From NCBI GenBank assembly GCA_005772855.1, contig SXIK01000196.1:2100-66099 (forward strand): a stretch of 64,000 nucleotides of DNA, read 5' to 3'. The notes beneath the pieces are model-generated. The model was given only the letters and a program-made list of their open reading frames with translations, made no database searches and was not told the origin of the DNA. Below, piece by piece: positions 1 through 8,943 of the stretch; within the stretch, counting starts at the first letter, position 1; every line of letters begins with the position of its first letter. A program made the position numbers and the translations under genes. This DNA is from Planctomycetia bacterium. Its GTDB lineage: Bacteria; Planctomycetota; UBA8108; SXIK01.

Positions 1-642
1 ACCACGAGGAGATCTCCTTCGACTTTAGTGGCCAGGTCAAGTTTGTCGGGCTTGAGTCGGCTGATTCGTTTCAGACAAGCCCGGACGACCTGCGCGCAGG
101 CTACTTGCAGGCTCTTCAGGCCTTTCTCGTTGAGCTGACGGAGACTGCGCAGCGCAACAGGGTCGAGCATGTCCTGGTCAACACTCGACGCGATCTCGCC
201 GAGGTGCTCGGGGACTACCTGTCGGGTAGGTGAGGCCAAGCTCACTCCAGCAATTCCTGTGGCGAGCGCCACCTGACCCCTTTGGCGGCCTCCCTGCTTC
301 CTGCCCCGCGCACCTGTTGAAGATTCCAACAGGTTGCACGGATCTTTGATCTTGGAATCGCAGATGCCTTGCTGTCCAGCGGGTTCCACTTCGCGAAATT
401 GCCGAGCCAGCAGCCGCGAGGGCTGCCGCGCCTCTCTGGTGGAATACGATTTGCTCACCGATCCCACCTGTGAGTCGGAGCCCTGCTTTTTGAGCGGCTC
501 TCTGTGCCGCCACTGCGATATCCGACAAGGTCTGAATTTCAAGAGCCTCACCAGAATGCTTCGCCCTGCTGGCGGTTGGGCATGTCTCAACAGGGAATGA
601 TTCTTGGAAGGAGCTCCAGATTGGTAAGGACGGAGTGATCTT

Positions 643-3540
643 ATGACCATGCTGAGAGTGACGAGTTTGCTCGGAAATATCGCATCAACTTTCTTATTGG
701 CGATGTTAGTGACATCCTGCGGGTCAGGAGGGGGGGGTGGATCGAACAAGCCGGGAAAGCCAACAAAACCCCAGGAGCCGGGAATGTTCGGCGAGGTCTT
801 CCCGATGGTGCTGAATGCGGTCGTTCCTGCAAGTGACGTTGTGGTACCGGCGGGCGAGGTCGTGCGCTTTGCCGTGGAAGTGCGCAATGACGATGAAGCC
901 AGGCGGCTTGAATTTTCGTGGTGGCTCAACGGATCGAGCCTCGGTTCGAATGGGCCGGAGATAGAGGTGCTTACCGGGGAGCTGGAGGCGGGAACTCATA
1001 CGGTTTCAACACGAATTTCCGACGGGCACGCGGGAGCTGCCCTGTCGTGGAAGCTTCAGGTCTTGCCAGGCAAGACTGAGAATCGCCTGCCCGTGATTCT
1101 CCAGGTAGTCCCGCCTGGAGTTGTCAAGATTTCGCCTGGGTCGCTCCTTGACCTTGGCCTCGTGGCCACCGACATCGACGGCGTGGACGAGCTCGCGTAC
1201 TCATGGCTTGTTGACGGGATCCCGACGCCGACATCTGGCCCTCGCCTGCGAATGGATGGGGCCGACCTTGCGCCGGGGGAGCATGCCGTGAGAGTTTCGG
1301 TGAGTGATGGAAAAGAGCGTGTGGGCGATACGCCTGTTGAACAGGTCTGGCGAGTTTGGGTCGTCGAAGACGAGGTGACGCCGTTTCCAGTCATCACGGA
1401 TGCCTGGCCTCGGGGAAACCTTCGCCTGCCGCTAGAGACCGTTGTTCGATTCGAGGTGGAGACGTCGGATCCTGACAGCGCAGCAGAGGAGGGTTTCCGT
1501 TGGGAGGTCAACGGAAACGTCCAGGCCACCACGGGCGCTGTCTTCGATCTTGATACGACTTCCGACGAGAACGCTCTCTCGCCGGGCGCCTATCGAATCA
1601 CATGCTCTCTTGCGAACCCTGGCGCCGATGGTGACCTGGGTGTTGCCACGACGGGCTGGACCGTATACCTCGGGGACAGTTCCCTGGCTCTCGAGCCGAG
1701 TGCCGAAGATGACGGTGCGGAGAATGGACCGCCTGTTGCAGAAGCGGCCACTCCTGACGACCCAGACTTGACGATGTCTGCAGGTGAATCGCAGTCCTTC
1801 CGCATCGAGGCCAGGGATCCGGAGAGTGACATCTTGAGCTATACCTGGCTTGTGAACGGAGTCCTCCAGAAGGCGGATGGTCCTGCTTTCACGATCGCGA
1901 CTTCGCCAGATGCTGGGCTCGCGACTCCCATCAAGGTTGAGGTCTTTGCAAGCGATGGCCATCTGCGACCCGATGACGGTGAGCTGTCCTTCGGCTCGAG
2001 ACTTGGTGAATGGCATATCGGATTGGAATCGCCTCTCGCCCGGGTCCTTGGCCTGGTCTCGGGATCGCTGGTGCTCGATAACGGAAGCTCTGGAACCACC
2101 GAATCTGGAACGTGGCTTACCTCGGGCGCAGCAGGGGCTTATGGGGCCGATTCGAAGTACTCGAAGTCTGCCGGAGCGACTTATGCCTATGATTTCAAGG
2201 TGCCTTTAGCGGGGAAGTACGATGTGTTGCTCTGGTGGACCAGCGCGCCGAGTCGGTCGCAGGCGGTTCCTGTCGCTGTGAGACACAGGAGCGGTACGTC
2301 GACAATTAACGTGGACCAGCGCACCCGGGACGCGCGTTGGAACAAGCTGGGCTCCTTCGACTTCGACGGGAGCGCCAGGGTGACCCTGACTGCAAAGGGA
2401 GATGGACTCTCGACCTGTGCAGACGCGGTTTGCCTCAGCCCAGTGCTTGCATCCAATCCGCCGGGGCTGCAGCAGCCGTCAGGCGTGAGTTTCGTGATCG
2501 ATGACGGAGAGCCAGGAACGTCGGCCCAGGGGACCTGGTCAGTGTCCTCGGCCCCGAATCCCCATGGAGGCAGGTCTCTCTACGCGAAGGGCTCGGGAAG
2601 CTATACGTTCAGGAGGTCCCTCGAAGCGCCCGGTCGCTATGACGTTTTCACCTGGTGGACGGAGGTTCCAACCCGAGAGCTTTCGGTGCCGTACAAGATT
2701 GTGCATACAGCCGGGACCGCGACAGTGAAAGTAGATCAACGGCAGGGTGGTGGAAAGTGGAACCTGCTTGGCCGCTACGATTTTGGTGCACGAGTCGAGG
2801 TGATGGTGACGGTTTCCGGCGCGGCCTCTGTGAGTGCAGATGCCGTTCGATTCGTTCCTGCCTCGATCGGCTCACCTCCTGCGTCACCGGGAGAAATCGT
2901 GATCGAGGATGGTGCGTCTGGCACGACCTCCACCGGGACATGGTTAGACTCGAGTGCTCCGGGCGCTCATGGGGGCGGCTCAATTTATGCCAAGGGCTTC
3001 GGTTCGTACACCTTCACGGCGACCCTCCGCAGTGCAGGAGTCCACGGTGCTTACCTCTGGTATACGCAGTGGCCCTCGCGGGAGTCCTCGGTCCCCTGTG
3101 AGGTGCGCCACTCGGCCGGGACCACTGTCCTCCAGATCGACCAGCGGTCGGGAGGCGGGCAGTGGAAGCATCTGGGAGATTTCAACTTCGGCGCAATGGC
3201 TAGCATCACGTTGCGTGTGGTGGACGCCGACACGGTTTCCGCAGACGCAATTCGGCTCGTGCCGCGGTCCTCTGGTGCGCCGGCGGCTGAGAAGCTGGTT
3301 ATTGCGTGGCAGGCGCCGAACGTAAACGCCGACGGGACTCCCCTTCGAGATCTTGCCGGCTTCCGCGTGTATGTCGCCTCTGGTGGCGGGAAAATGGTCC
3401 TCCTTGAGGACGTAGGTTTCAACACCAGTTACTCGGTGAATTCCTTGGCGCCTGGAAAATATGCCTTCGCTGTGACAGCCTACGATTTTCAGAGAAATGA
3501 GAGCAAATTTACCCCCGCTCTCATGGGAAGTGTACCTTGA
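643..3540 (+). CDS. Large secreted lipoprotein with N-terminal Ig/PKD-like repeats, three tandem ~125-aa CBM-like beta-sandwich repeats and a C-terminal fibronectin type III domain
   Basis: 965-aa ORF. N-terminus has a signal peptide with lipobox (LLAMLVTSC) followed by a Gly-rich linker. Three internal repeats share G(T/S)W...Y(A/S)KG(S)YT(F/Y)...W(W/Y)T...P..(V/S)VP..V(R)H..GT....(V/I)DQR..GG.W..LG.F.F......T(L/V).......ADA(V/I)R(L/F)VP, resembling golvesin-C-terminal/Xly-type carbohydrate-binding modules. The C-terminal AWQAPNVNADGTPLRDLAGFRVYVA...YAFAVTAYD stretch is FN3-like. Confidence 0.6.
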   Translation: MTMLRVTSLLGNIASTFLLAMLVTSCGSGGGGGSNKPGKPTKPQEPGMFGEVFPMVLNAVVPASDVVVPAGEVVRFAVEVRNDDEARRLEFSWWLNGSSLGSNGPEIEVLTGELEAGTHTVSTRISDGHAGAALSWKLQVLPGKTENRLPVILQVVPPGVVKISPGSLLDLGLVATDIDGVDELAYSWLVDGIPTPTSGPRLRMDGADLAPGEHAVRVSVSDGKERVGDTPVEQVWRVWVVEDEVTPFPVITDAWPRGNLRLPLETVVRFEVETSDPDSAAEEGFRWEVNGNVQATTGAVFDLDTTSDENALSPGAYRITCSLANPGADGDLGVATTGWTVYLGDSSLALEPSAEDDGAENGPPVAEAATPDDPDLTMSAGESQSFRIEARDPESDILSYTWLVNGVLQKADGPAFTIATSPDAGLATPIKVEVFASDGHLRPDDGELSFGSRLGEWHIGLESPLARVLGLVSGSLVLDNGSSGTTESGTWLTSGAAGAYGADSKYSKSAGATYAYDFKVPLAGKYDVLLWWTSAPSRSQAVPVAVRHRSGTSTINVDQRTRDARWNKLGSFDFDGSARVTLTAKGDGLSTCADAVCLSPVLASNPPGLQQPSGVSFVIDDGEPGTSAQGTWSVSSAPNPHGGRSLYAKGSGSYTFRRSLEAPGRYDVFTWWTEVPTRELSVPYKIVHTAGTATVKVDQRQGGGKWNLLGRYDFGARVEVMVTVSGAASVSADAVRFVPASIGSPPASPGEIVIEDGASGTTSTGTWLDSSAPGAHGGGSIYAKGFGSYTFTATLRSAGVHGAYLWYTQWPSRESSVPCEVRHSAGTTVLQIDQRSGGGQWKHLGDFNFGAMASITLRVVDADTVSADAIRLVPRSSGAPAAEKLVIAWQAPNVNADGTPLRDLAGFRVYVASGGGKMVLLEDVGFNTSYSVNSLAPGKYAFAVTAYDFQRNESKFTPALMGSVP

Positions 3541-4180
3541 GAAAAACCAACCGGTTCGTCACTTTTTTGAACTGGGAAGACTCAAGGAGTGCCGTCAGTC
3601 ACGCCGAGCATGACTGACTTCGCGTTGGACCGACCCCGGGATATCCCAGGAGCTCCGGGTCCATCACTTCCCTGCTGTCTCCGGCAGCAAGAAAGCTTGA
3701 GGCTATTGAGGAACCAGCGAAAGCTCTCGGGTCCTTTGCCCCGAGGGCTTCGAAGGCTTCGGGCGCTTCCTGCCGGATCTCCCCTCGGCTCCCATCGGGG
3801 GCAGGCGAATCCTCACGCGGTAGAGGGGCCGCGTCCTTGAGTGTGTGTGCGGACCGCGCCACCGTCGTGTAGCCACGAGCTGCAGTTTCGGATGCCCCGG
3901 AGAGCTGCCGAAAGGAATACGTCTGCGGTAGAGCGCCCGCACTTCCCGTGATCTCGAGCTGCCCTCCGTTCGACTCCTTGACTGGCGGTTACAATCAAGA
4001 AACTGGGTGGGCAAGCGTAGTTTCGCGAGGCGTGGGGTGGCCGATCCGCCTCTCGGGTACAATGCAAGAAATGTTTGCGCAGTTACCATTGCGCAGCAAC
4101 GCTGGAATCAAATGCAAGGCCTGACGCACGACAGCCATCTCGGGTGGGATCGCGGGGAAGGTAATCCAGGGAGACACGCC

Positions 4181-4720
4181 ATGAGACCGAAACCAACTCT
4201 GATCACTCTTTCGATTCTGGTCGCGGTGCTTCTTGTCTGGGTCCAGGGGGAGGACCAGCCGCAAGCGGCTGCGAGGGTGGATGAGTCGAAGAAGGAGTCT
4301 GGCTCCGAGCTGAACCCGCTCGAGAAGAAGTTCAAGGAGACGCTCACCAACGCAGTCTTTGTGGGCAAGTGGCGTCTCGTTGAGAAGGGCCAGCTTGGGG
4401 ACGAGTCGGACGACAAATATACGATCGCCGGAGCCACGAAATATGGGGACGACCAGTGGGTCCTTGCGGCGAAGATCGAGTATGGGGGCAAGAGCGTCAC
4501 CTTCCCGGTTCCCGTGAAAGTCTTGTGGGCAGGGGACACCCCCGTGATCTCGATCACGAACGTTGGAATCCCGGGACTGGGCACGTTTACCGCGAGAGTC
4601 CTGGTCTACGACAGTTACTACACGGGCACCTGGTCTGGCTCCGGACATGCAGGGTTCCTGAGCGGAACCGTGAGTAGGGCCACGCTATCGGACGAGAAGA
4701 AGAAGCCAGAGGCCAAGTAG
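4181..4720 (+). CDS. Small secreted hypothetical protein (~179 aa)
   Basis: ATG at 4181 is preceded by GGGAGA and followed by a hydrophobic signal-like segment (MRPKPTLITLSILVAVLLVWVQG). Lys/Glu-rich mature region. The upstream part of the six-frame ORF (from 4007) lacks these features. Confidence 0.5.
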   Translation: MRPKPTLITLSILVAVLLVWVQGEDQPQAAARVDESKKESGSELNPLEKKFKETLTNAVFVGKWRLVEKGQLGDESDDKYTIAGATKYGDDQWVLAAKIEYGGKSVTFPVPVKVLWAGDTPVISITNVGIPGLGTFTARVLVYDSYYTGTWSGSGHAGFLSGTVSRATLSDEKKKPEAK

Positions 4721-4806
4721 CCGGAGAGGCTCAGGCCTGCGCGGGGAACAAAATCCTCTGGCTATCAGGTCCCGCGAAGCCCGGGCGGGGATAGTTGACC
4801 GGGCCA

Positions 4807-5907
4807 TCACGGCGTCATGTCTTGCAGCACGTTCCTGCCGTCTCCAATTCGCAAGAAATCATAGTAGGCGGTATGTGCAGCAGTCCGTGGGTACGCGTAC
4901 TTCTTGATTGCGGAGGGCCAGTACATGCCCAGGTTAAAATAGGGTCCCTCCGCGTCGTTGTAGCAATTGGGGTGGTTGTCCTGGTCGATGATCTTCTTGC
5001 CGTCCTTCCAGACTTCAAGGAATCCATCCGATCGGTAGCTCCACTTCATGTGGAACACAAAGCTCATCCATTTCCCACGTTCTAGCTTGCCCCGCCAAAT
5101 ATCAGCCCGGTTCTCATTTGCTGTTTGAATGCGCCGAGTCGACCACAACTGCCGGATCCTCAGCTCGGATCCGAGTGCAATGATGGTAAGGTTCGGATTT
5201 CGCCCGATGCCCGTTTCCCCAGGATCCTCGGTCCCGTGCCACTGCGCCAGGTGAACCTTGTTCACGTCGTACCACCAGGACGTGGGGATGTAGATAGCAA
5301 ACGCATACCAGCGCTCTGACCCTATGGGGTCCTTCTTGAAAATTTTCGAAGTGCGTCCTGGTTCCCAGAGAGAGACCTCGGTTCGGATGCGCCCATTCGC
5401 ATCTCTCGGCTGGCTGACGCCGCAGCGCATCATGAGCCCCTTCCTGGCAGCCATTGTTTGCACCTCGATCGAGCCTGCCGGCGCGGCGTAAAGATATTTC
5501 CCGGGACCGCTCGGCGGTAGCCGATCGAAGTTATCCTGCCACAAGAGACTCGCGCCGCCCCCGCCGCCCTCGGCCTCCCCCGGGAAACCCTCTGTTTGAA
5601 GAGCCGAGCAAGGATTGGGATCGTCCTGTGAAAAAGGTGCCAATTCCTCGCCATCCAGGAAGATTTGCTGAGAAACCCGGATTGCATCTGCTATGTCCAG
5701 CCTTCCGTCAATGTTCGCGTCGGCGGCGGCGAGGCAGGAGATAGGCTCTGGGCCGTAGAGCGAATCGAGAATGCCCATGACATCCGCGACATCCACAAGT
5801 CCATCCTGGTTCACATCTCCCCTGCGATCCGGCTGTGCCAGGAGCATCGAGGAGCAAGAAAGAACAACACCGAAGAGCAGTCCCAGGGTGCGGTGTATCA
5901 TAATCAT
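4807..5907 (-). CDS. Secreted polysaccharide lyase (PL7/alginate-lyase-like ConA-type jelly roll) with N-terminal dockerin-like Ca-binding repeats
   Basis: Signal peptide MIMIHRTLGLLFGVVLSCSS. Two dockerin/EF-hand-like repeats (DVNQDGLVDVADV, DANIDGRLDIADA). PL7-like motifs RTEV, QWHG (Q-x-H) and YFNLGMYW (compare YFKAGVY). Confidence 0.55.
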   Translation of the reverse strand: MIMIHRTLGLLFGVVLSCSSMLLAQPDRRGDVNQDGLVDVADVMGILDSLYGPEPISCLAAADANIDGRLDIADAIRVSQQIFLDGEELAPFSQDDPNPCSALQTEGFPGEAEGGGGGASLLWQDNFDRLPPSGPGKYLYAAPAGSIEVQTMAARKGLMMRCGVSQPRDANGRIRTEVSLWEPGRTSKIFKKDPIGSERWYAFAIYIPTSWWYDVNKVHLAQWHGTEDPGETGIGRNPNLTIIALGSELRIRQLWSTRRIQTANENRADIWRGKLERGKWMSFVFHMKWSYRSDGFLEVWKDGKKIIDQDNHPNCYNDAEGPYFNLGMYWPSAIKKYAYPRTAAHTAYYDFLRIGDGRNVLQDMTP

Positions 5908-6053
5908 AAAAACTCTCCAAAAATAAAACAGTGATAGCTAGACAAGAACAAACTAATAAGAGAGCCACTGGCTTGATGGCTTTGAAAGTAAACCGGTCCA
6001 GCCAGCGAACCCAATCCGCGGATCCTTGTTCAGCGCACGTTCGTCGACACCCT

Positions 6054-6088
6054 GTGAGCTTTGCCGTTGGGTGGGCTTTGCCGTTGGC
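6054..6088. repeat. Tandem direct repeat (2 x ~17 bp, gctttgccgttgg) in the lower-GC region upstream of the lyase gene
   Basis: gagctttgccgttgggtgggctttgccgttggcgg, ~150 bp upstream of the minus-strand lyase start at 5907. Confidence 0.4.
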
Positions 6089-6345
6089 GGATTTCTATCT
6101 ACCAACGGGGTGGTGACACGTTGCTTGAAGGGAGCCCGCGGAGGAGAACTTTATTTGTTCTCGTCCAGCTCTCGAACCCGAATCTCGTTTTCAGAATTGC
6201 TTGCGCCGCGCCCTGCGCGAAAAGGCGGTATCTTCCTCATTTCACTTCCCACGGCAAGCAAAAAAGGCTTTATTCTTAGAGAATTTCGTGTTTGGCGAAC
6301 GGAGAAAATAAGAAGTGTTTGAGAAGCCAGCAACTCGGCAGGTTT

Positions 6346-6894
6346 TTAGAGCTTTCCGTCCACGCCTAGCCGGTGGAAGTAATGATCGACTTCGTTCTGG
6401 TGCTCGAGCAGCCAGTTGATCGTCGGTTCCCCGGCCATCGCCTTTTGGATGACTTTCACGGTAGCTTCCCGATGGATTCGGAAGAGAGCATCGTGGTCGA
6501 CTTTTTCCTCCTGAAGCACGCCCGGGTCTAGCCATACCGAGTAGATAATTCCTAGATCGCTAGATTTTTCTTTCGGGATATAACCAGCACGCACCGCATC
6601 AAGTACACCATTGGCAATGGCCGCCTGCACGGTGCCCATGAGAATGTTTGTGTAGCGAGCATCGCGCACGGTGACCTTGCTCACCATCAGCGTTGCCGGC
6701 CTGACCTGAACATCGCTGTTCAAGATGGCGAAGACACGGGTATGTCCCTTCACCTGATTGCCCAGAAGGGTCGCGAGGGCTTGACCCACTGGCCCGTCCA
6801 GCTCGCCGATCACGATTTCCGGCTCAGCGCAAAGGTAGCTGGCGTCTCCTTCGACGAGCGCCTCGCCGGTTCGTAGTACGATTCTCTGGTTCAT
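6346..6894 (-). CDS. fae: Formaldehyde-activating enzyme (Fae)-like protein, H4MPT-dependent C1 transfer family
   Basis: Collinear similarity to Fae over ~160 aa: TGEALVEGD, IVIGELDGPVGQALATLL...GHTRVFAIL, RPATLMVSKVTVRDAR, IYSVWLDPGV. Confidence 0.7.
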   Translation of the reverse strand: MNQRIVLRTGEALVEGDASYLCAEPEIVIGELDGPVGQALATLLGNQVKGHTRVFAILNSDVQVRPATLMVSKVTVRDARYTNILMGTVQAAIANGVLDAVRAGYIPKEKSSDLGIIYSVWLDPGVLQEEKVDHDALFRIHREATVKVIQKAMAGEPTINWLLEHQNEVDHYFHRLGVDGKL

Positions 6895-7143
6895 GACGGT
6901 CCTTCTTGGCTTTACTGTGGAAACGAACCCTGGGAATGGGACATGGCCGCCGATTATGGTGGGGACCTGGGGCAGGGTGCAAGGCCGAGAGCCTGAGCTT
7001 ACTGACCCACCCAGGGATATCCTGGCCTGGACCGTCGCTGCTGCGCCTGGAGGCGAGTAGTGATATCATACTTTTTCTCCCCGCAGGCCTGAGGATTTCG
7101 TTTGTTAGCTTGAGCGGGACGGCAATGTTCAGATGTAAAACCC

Positions 7144-8577
7144 ATGCGAATACCAACACTTGGACTCTTTTGTGCGTCGGTGGTCTTCCTCACGGGCGAG
7201 TCTCGCGGGGCTGAGAAGCCGCTCTCGAGCCTCATCGATCTTGCTCCTGGCCAGATAGGTCTCTACGAGGGCAAGACCCTGATCTCACAGACCCTGGGTT
7301 TGAGCGCCCCGAGCACAACGGAGTGGACATCATCGCTGAGCTACCTTGTATTGTCCGGTGACAAGCCGGGCGATCGACGCCTCCTACTCCTGCGCAGTGT
7401 GACGCCGCAGGCGAACGGTCTGCCAATGCCGCCCTACAGCCACACGGGCTTTTTTTGGCTCAAGAACAGTCTCGACTTGACCCCGCTCGAGGAGACGCCG
7501 CCGTCTCCCCAGCTTCAAGTGCTGGATCGGCACGTTCCGCCGTCGTTGTTGCCACTGTTTACGCTTCCCGACGGCGCCGATGTCGTTCGCGAGGAGTCTG
7601 TGAGGCTGACCGGGGCCTTCGTGGTGCTCCCGCTGAAGGTGAGCGTCGATCGCAAGGGGAAGATTGCTACGGTGACGCGTACGCTGGCGCCGGGATCGGC
7701 TCCCACGGTGGATCTGGACGGTGCCAACTGTGTTGTACAGAACTGGCAGGAAGTGTACGTGATCGATACCGAGAAGAGAGCGCTCACCGAGATGCATCGT
7801 GAACTCAAGGCGTCGGGCAAGCGGGGAGAGCATGCGCTCAGCTACTCGCAGAAGGTTGAGCTCTCGGCCAGGGAAGTGCGGGCCCTTCAAGGGGCCGAGG
7901 CGAAGTTCGCGACAGAGGTGGACAGAGAAGTCGCTGGTATCTTCAGAGACTTCGCGGAGAAAAAGCACCCGCGGGACGTCTACCAGCGCATCCAGGTGTT
8001 CGTCGATGGGCCTCAGGCGAAGCTCCTTCCAGGCCTCGAGGATTCGCTCCTCAGCCGCCTTTCGCAGTACCGCCAAGCCCGCGACCAGGATGCTCGCGGG
8101 GCGGCGCAGGCCGCAGCGGTTTATGACGCTCCGGACTTCTCCCTCGAGAATCTGGAGGGCAAGATGGTTCCTTTCCGCGAGGCGACAAGGGGCAAGGTCG
8201 TGCTCTTGAGCTTCTGGGGCTATGGCTGCGGACCCTGTCGCGTCGAGGCCCCTTACCTTAGCAAGCTGCAGGAAAAGTACGGTGACAAGGGCTTCACTGT
8301 GTTTGCGGTCAACGGGTACGACGAAAACAAGGAGACGGTGCAGGGTTTCGTAAGCCAGCAGAACCTGAAGCAGCCGGTTTTTCTCATGGGTAGGACCGTT
8401 GCGAGGGAGAAATACAAGGTCAACGGCTTCCCCACCAACTATTGGATTGACCACCACGGCAAGGTTGTCCACAAGGAAGTTGGCTTCTCGCCGGATCATT
8501 TCCCGGCGATGGAAGCTCGAGTGAAGAAGCTTCTCCAGGGCGCAGTTGCGGCAGCGATCGAGTCCGTGGGGAAATAG
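7144..8577 (+). CDS. Periplasmic TlpA/ResA-like thiol-disulfide oxidoreductase with a large N-terminal domain of unknown function
   Basis: Signal peptide. C-terminal thioredoxin fold with VVLLSFWGYGCGPCRVEAPYL (CGPC active site) and FTVFAVN...NGFPTNYWIDHHGKV typical of the TlpA/AhpC-TSA family. Confidence 0.7.
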   Translation: MRIPTLGLFCASVVFLTGESRGAEKPLSSLIDLAPGQIGLYEGKTLISQTLGLSAPSTTEWTSSLSYLVLSGDKPGDRRLLLLRSVTPQANGLPMPPYSHTGFFWLKNSLDLTPLEETPPSPQLQVLDRHVPPSLLPLFTLPDGADVVREESVRLTGAFVVLPLKVSVDRKGKIATVTRTLAPGSAPTVDLDGANCVVQNWQEVYVIDTEKRALTEMHRELKASGKRGEHALSYSQKVELSAREVRALQGAEAKFATEVDREVAGIFRDFAEKKHPRDVYQRIQVFVDGPQAKLLPGLEDSLLSRLSQYRQARDQDARGAAQAAAVYDAPDFSLENLEGKMVPFREATRGKVVLLSFWGYGCGPCRVEAPYLSKLQEKYGDKGFTVFAVNGYDENKETVQGFVSQQNLKQPVFLMGRTVAREKYKVNGFPTNYWIDHHGKVVHKEVGFSPDHFPAMEARVKKLLQGAVAAAIESVGK

Positions 8578-8680
8578 CTCTGGCCGTAGTGGAGATGCAG
8601 TCACCGGGACTTCGAGCTGCGCGAAGGACAAAAGAGCAGAAGAGGGCGGTCTGGCGCAGCCACAGCCTCCCTCGAATCTT

Positions 8681-8786
8681 ACTCCTCGCGAGGGATGAAG
8701 ACCTCCCCGCGCACCGGCCGCCTCCGGCGCCGATGGTGAGGGAGCGTTGGCCAGGATGTCCCCATCATGGCCGCGCGGAGTATCAC
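8681..8786 (+). repeat. Intergenic palindrome-containing repeat element, copy A
   Basis: ~85% identical to copy D over ~105 bp. Core gacctcccc..gcaccgg.cgcctccggcgccgat...ggtgag..gcgttgg.caggat..cccca.tcatggccgcg.ggagtat. Contains the palindrome ggcgcc-tcc-ggcgcc. Confidence 0.7.
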
Positions 8787-8943
8787 CAGCTGACCGGAGG
8801 TGAGCACGGGGCCACAGTAGGATCTTGCGGAGGACGCTTGGCCCCTGTGCCCCATGTCCGACATGGCCTGCCGCTCAGTGGTCACCCGAGCAGGTCTCTC
8901 GGCGGGGCGGTCTGTTCCTTGCGGTCGGAATCCCCCGACCCAG

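Noticed and set aside
1-642. ORFs 178..528 (-) and 334..600 (+) at the window edge
   Set aside because: Short, low-complexity, mutually overlapping and without motifs. A real gene possibly continuing beyond position 1 cannot be evaluated.
730-737. G8 homopolymer as a phase-variation switch in the lipoprotein
   Set aside because: An equivalent G8 tract encoding poly-Gly occurs inside the housekeeping fhs gene (about 11312-11320), and a C9 tract occurs in a repeat. Homopolymer runs seem compositionally common here, so phase variation is unsupported without read-level evidence.
7384-8631. 415-aa ORF antisense to the TlpA-like gene, plus similar long antisense or alternate-frame ORFs (e.g. 9137..9832, 10272..10937, 19743..20366, 24678..25415, 25539..26519, 33032..34729, 37954..39792, 45470..46990, 62874..63797)
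   Set aside because: High GC keeps off-frame stops rare, so long shadow ORFs arise. Their translations are Arg/Pro/Gly-rich and low complexity with no recognisable domains. Each overlaps a CDS on the other strand or frame that has clear family motifs.
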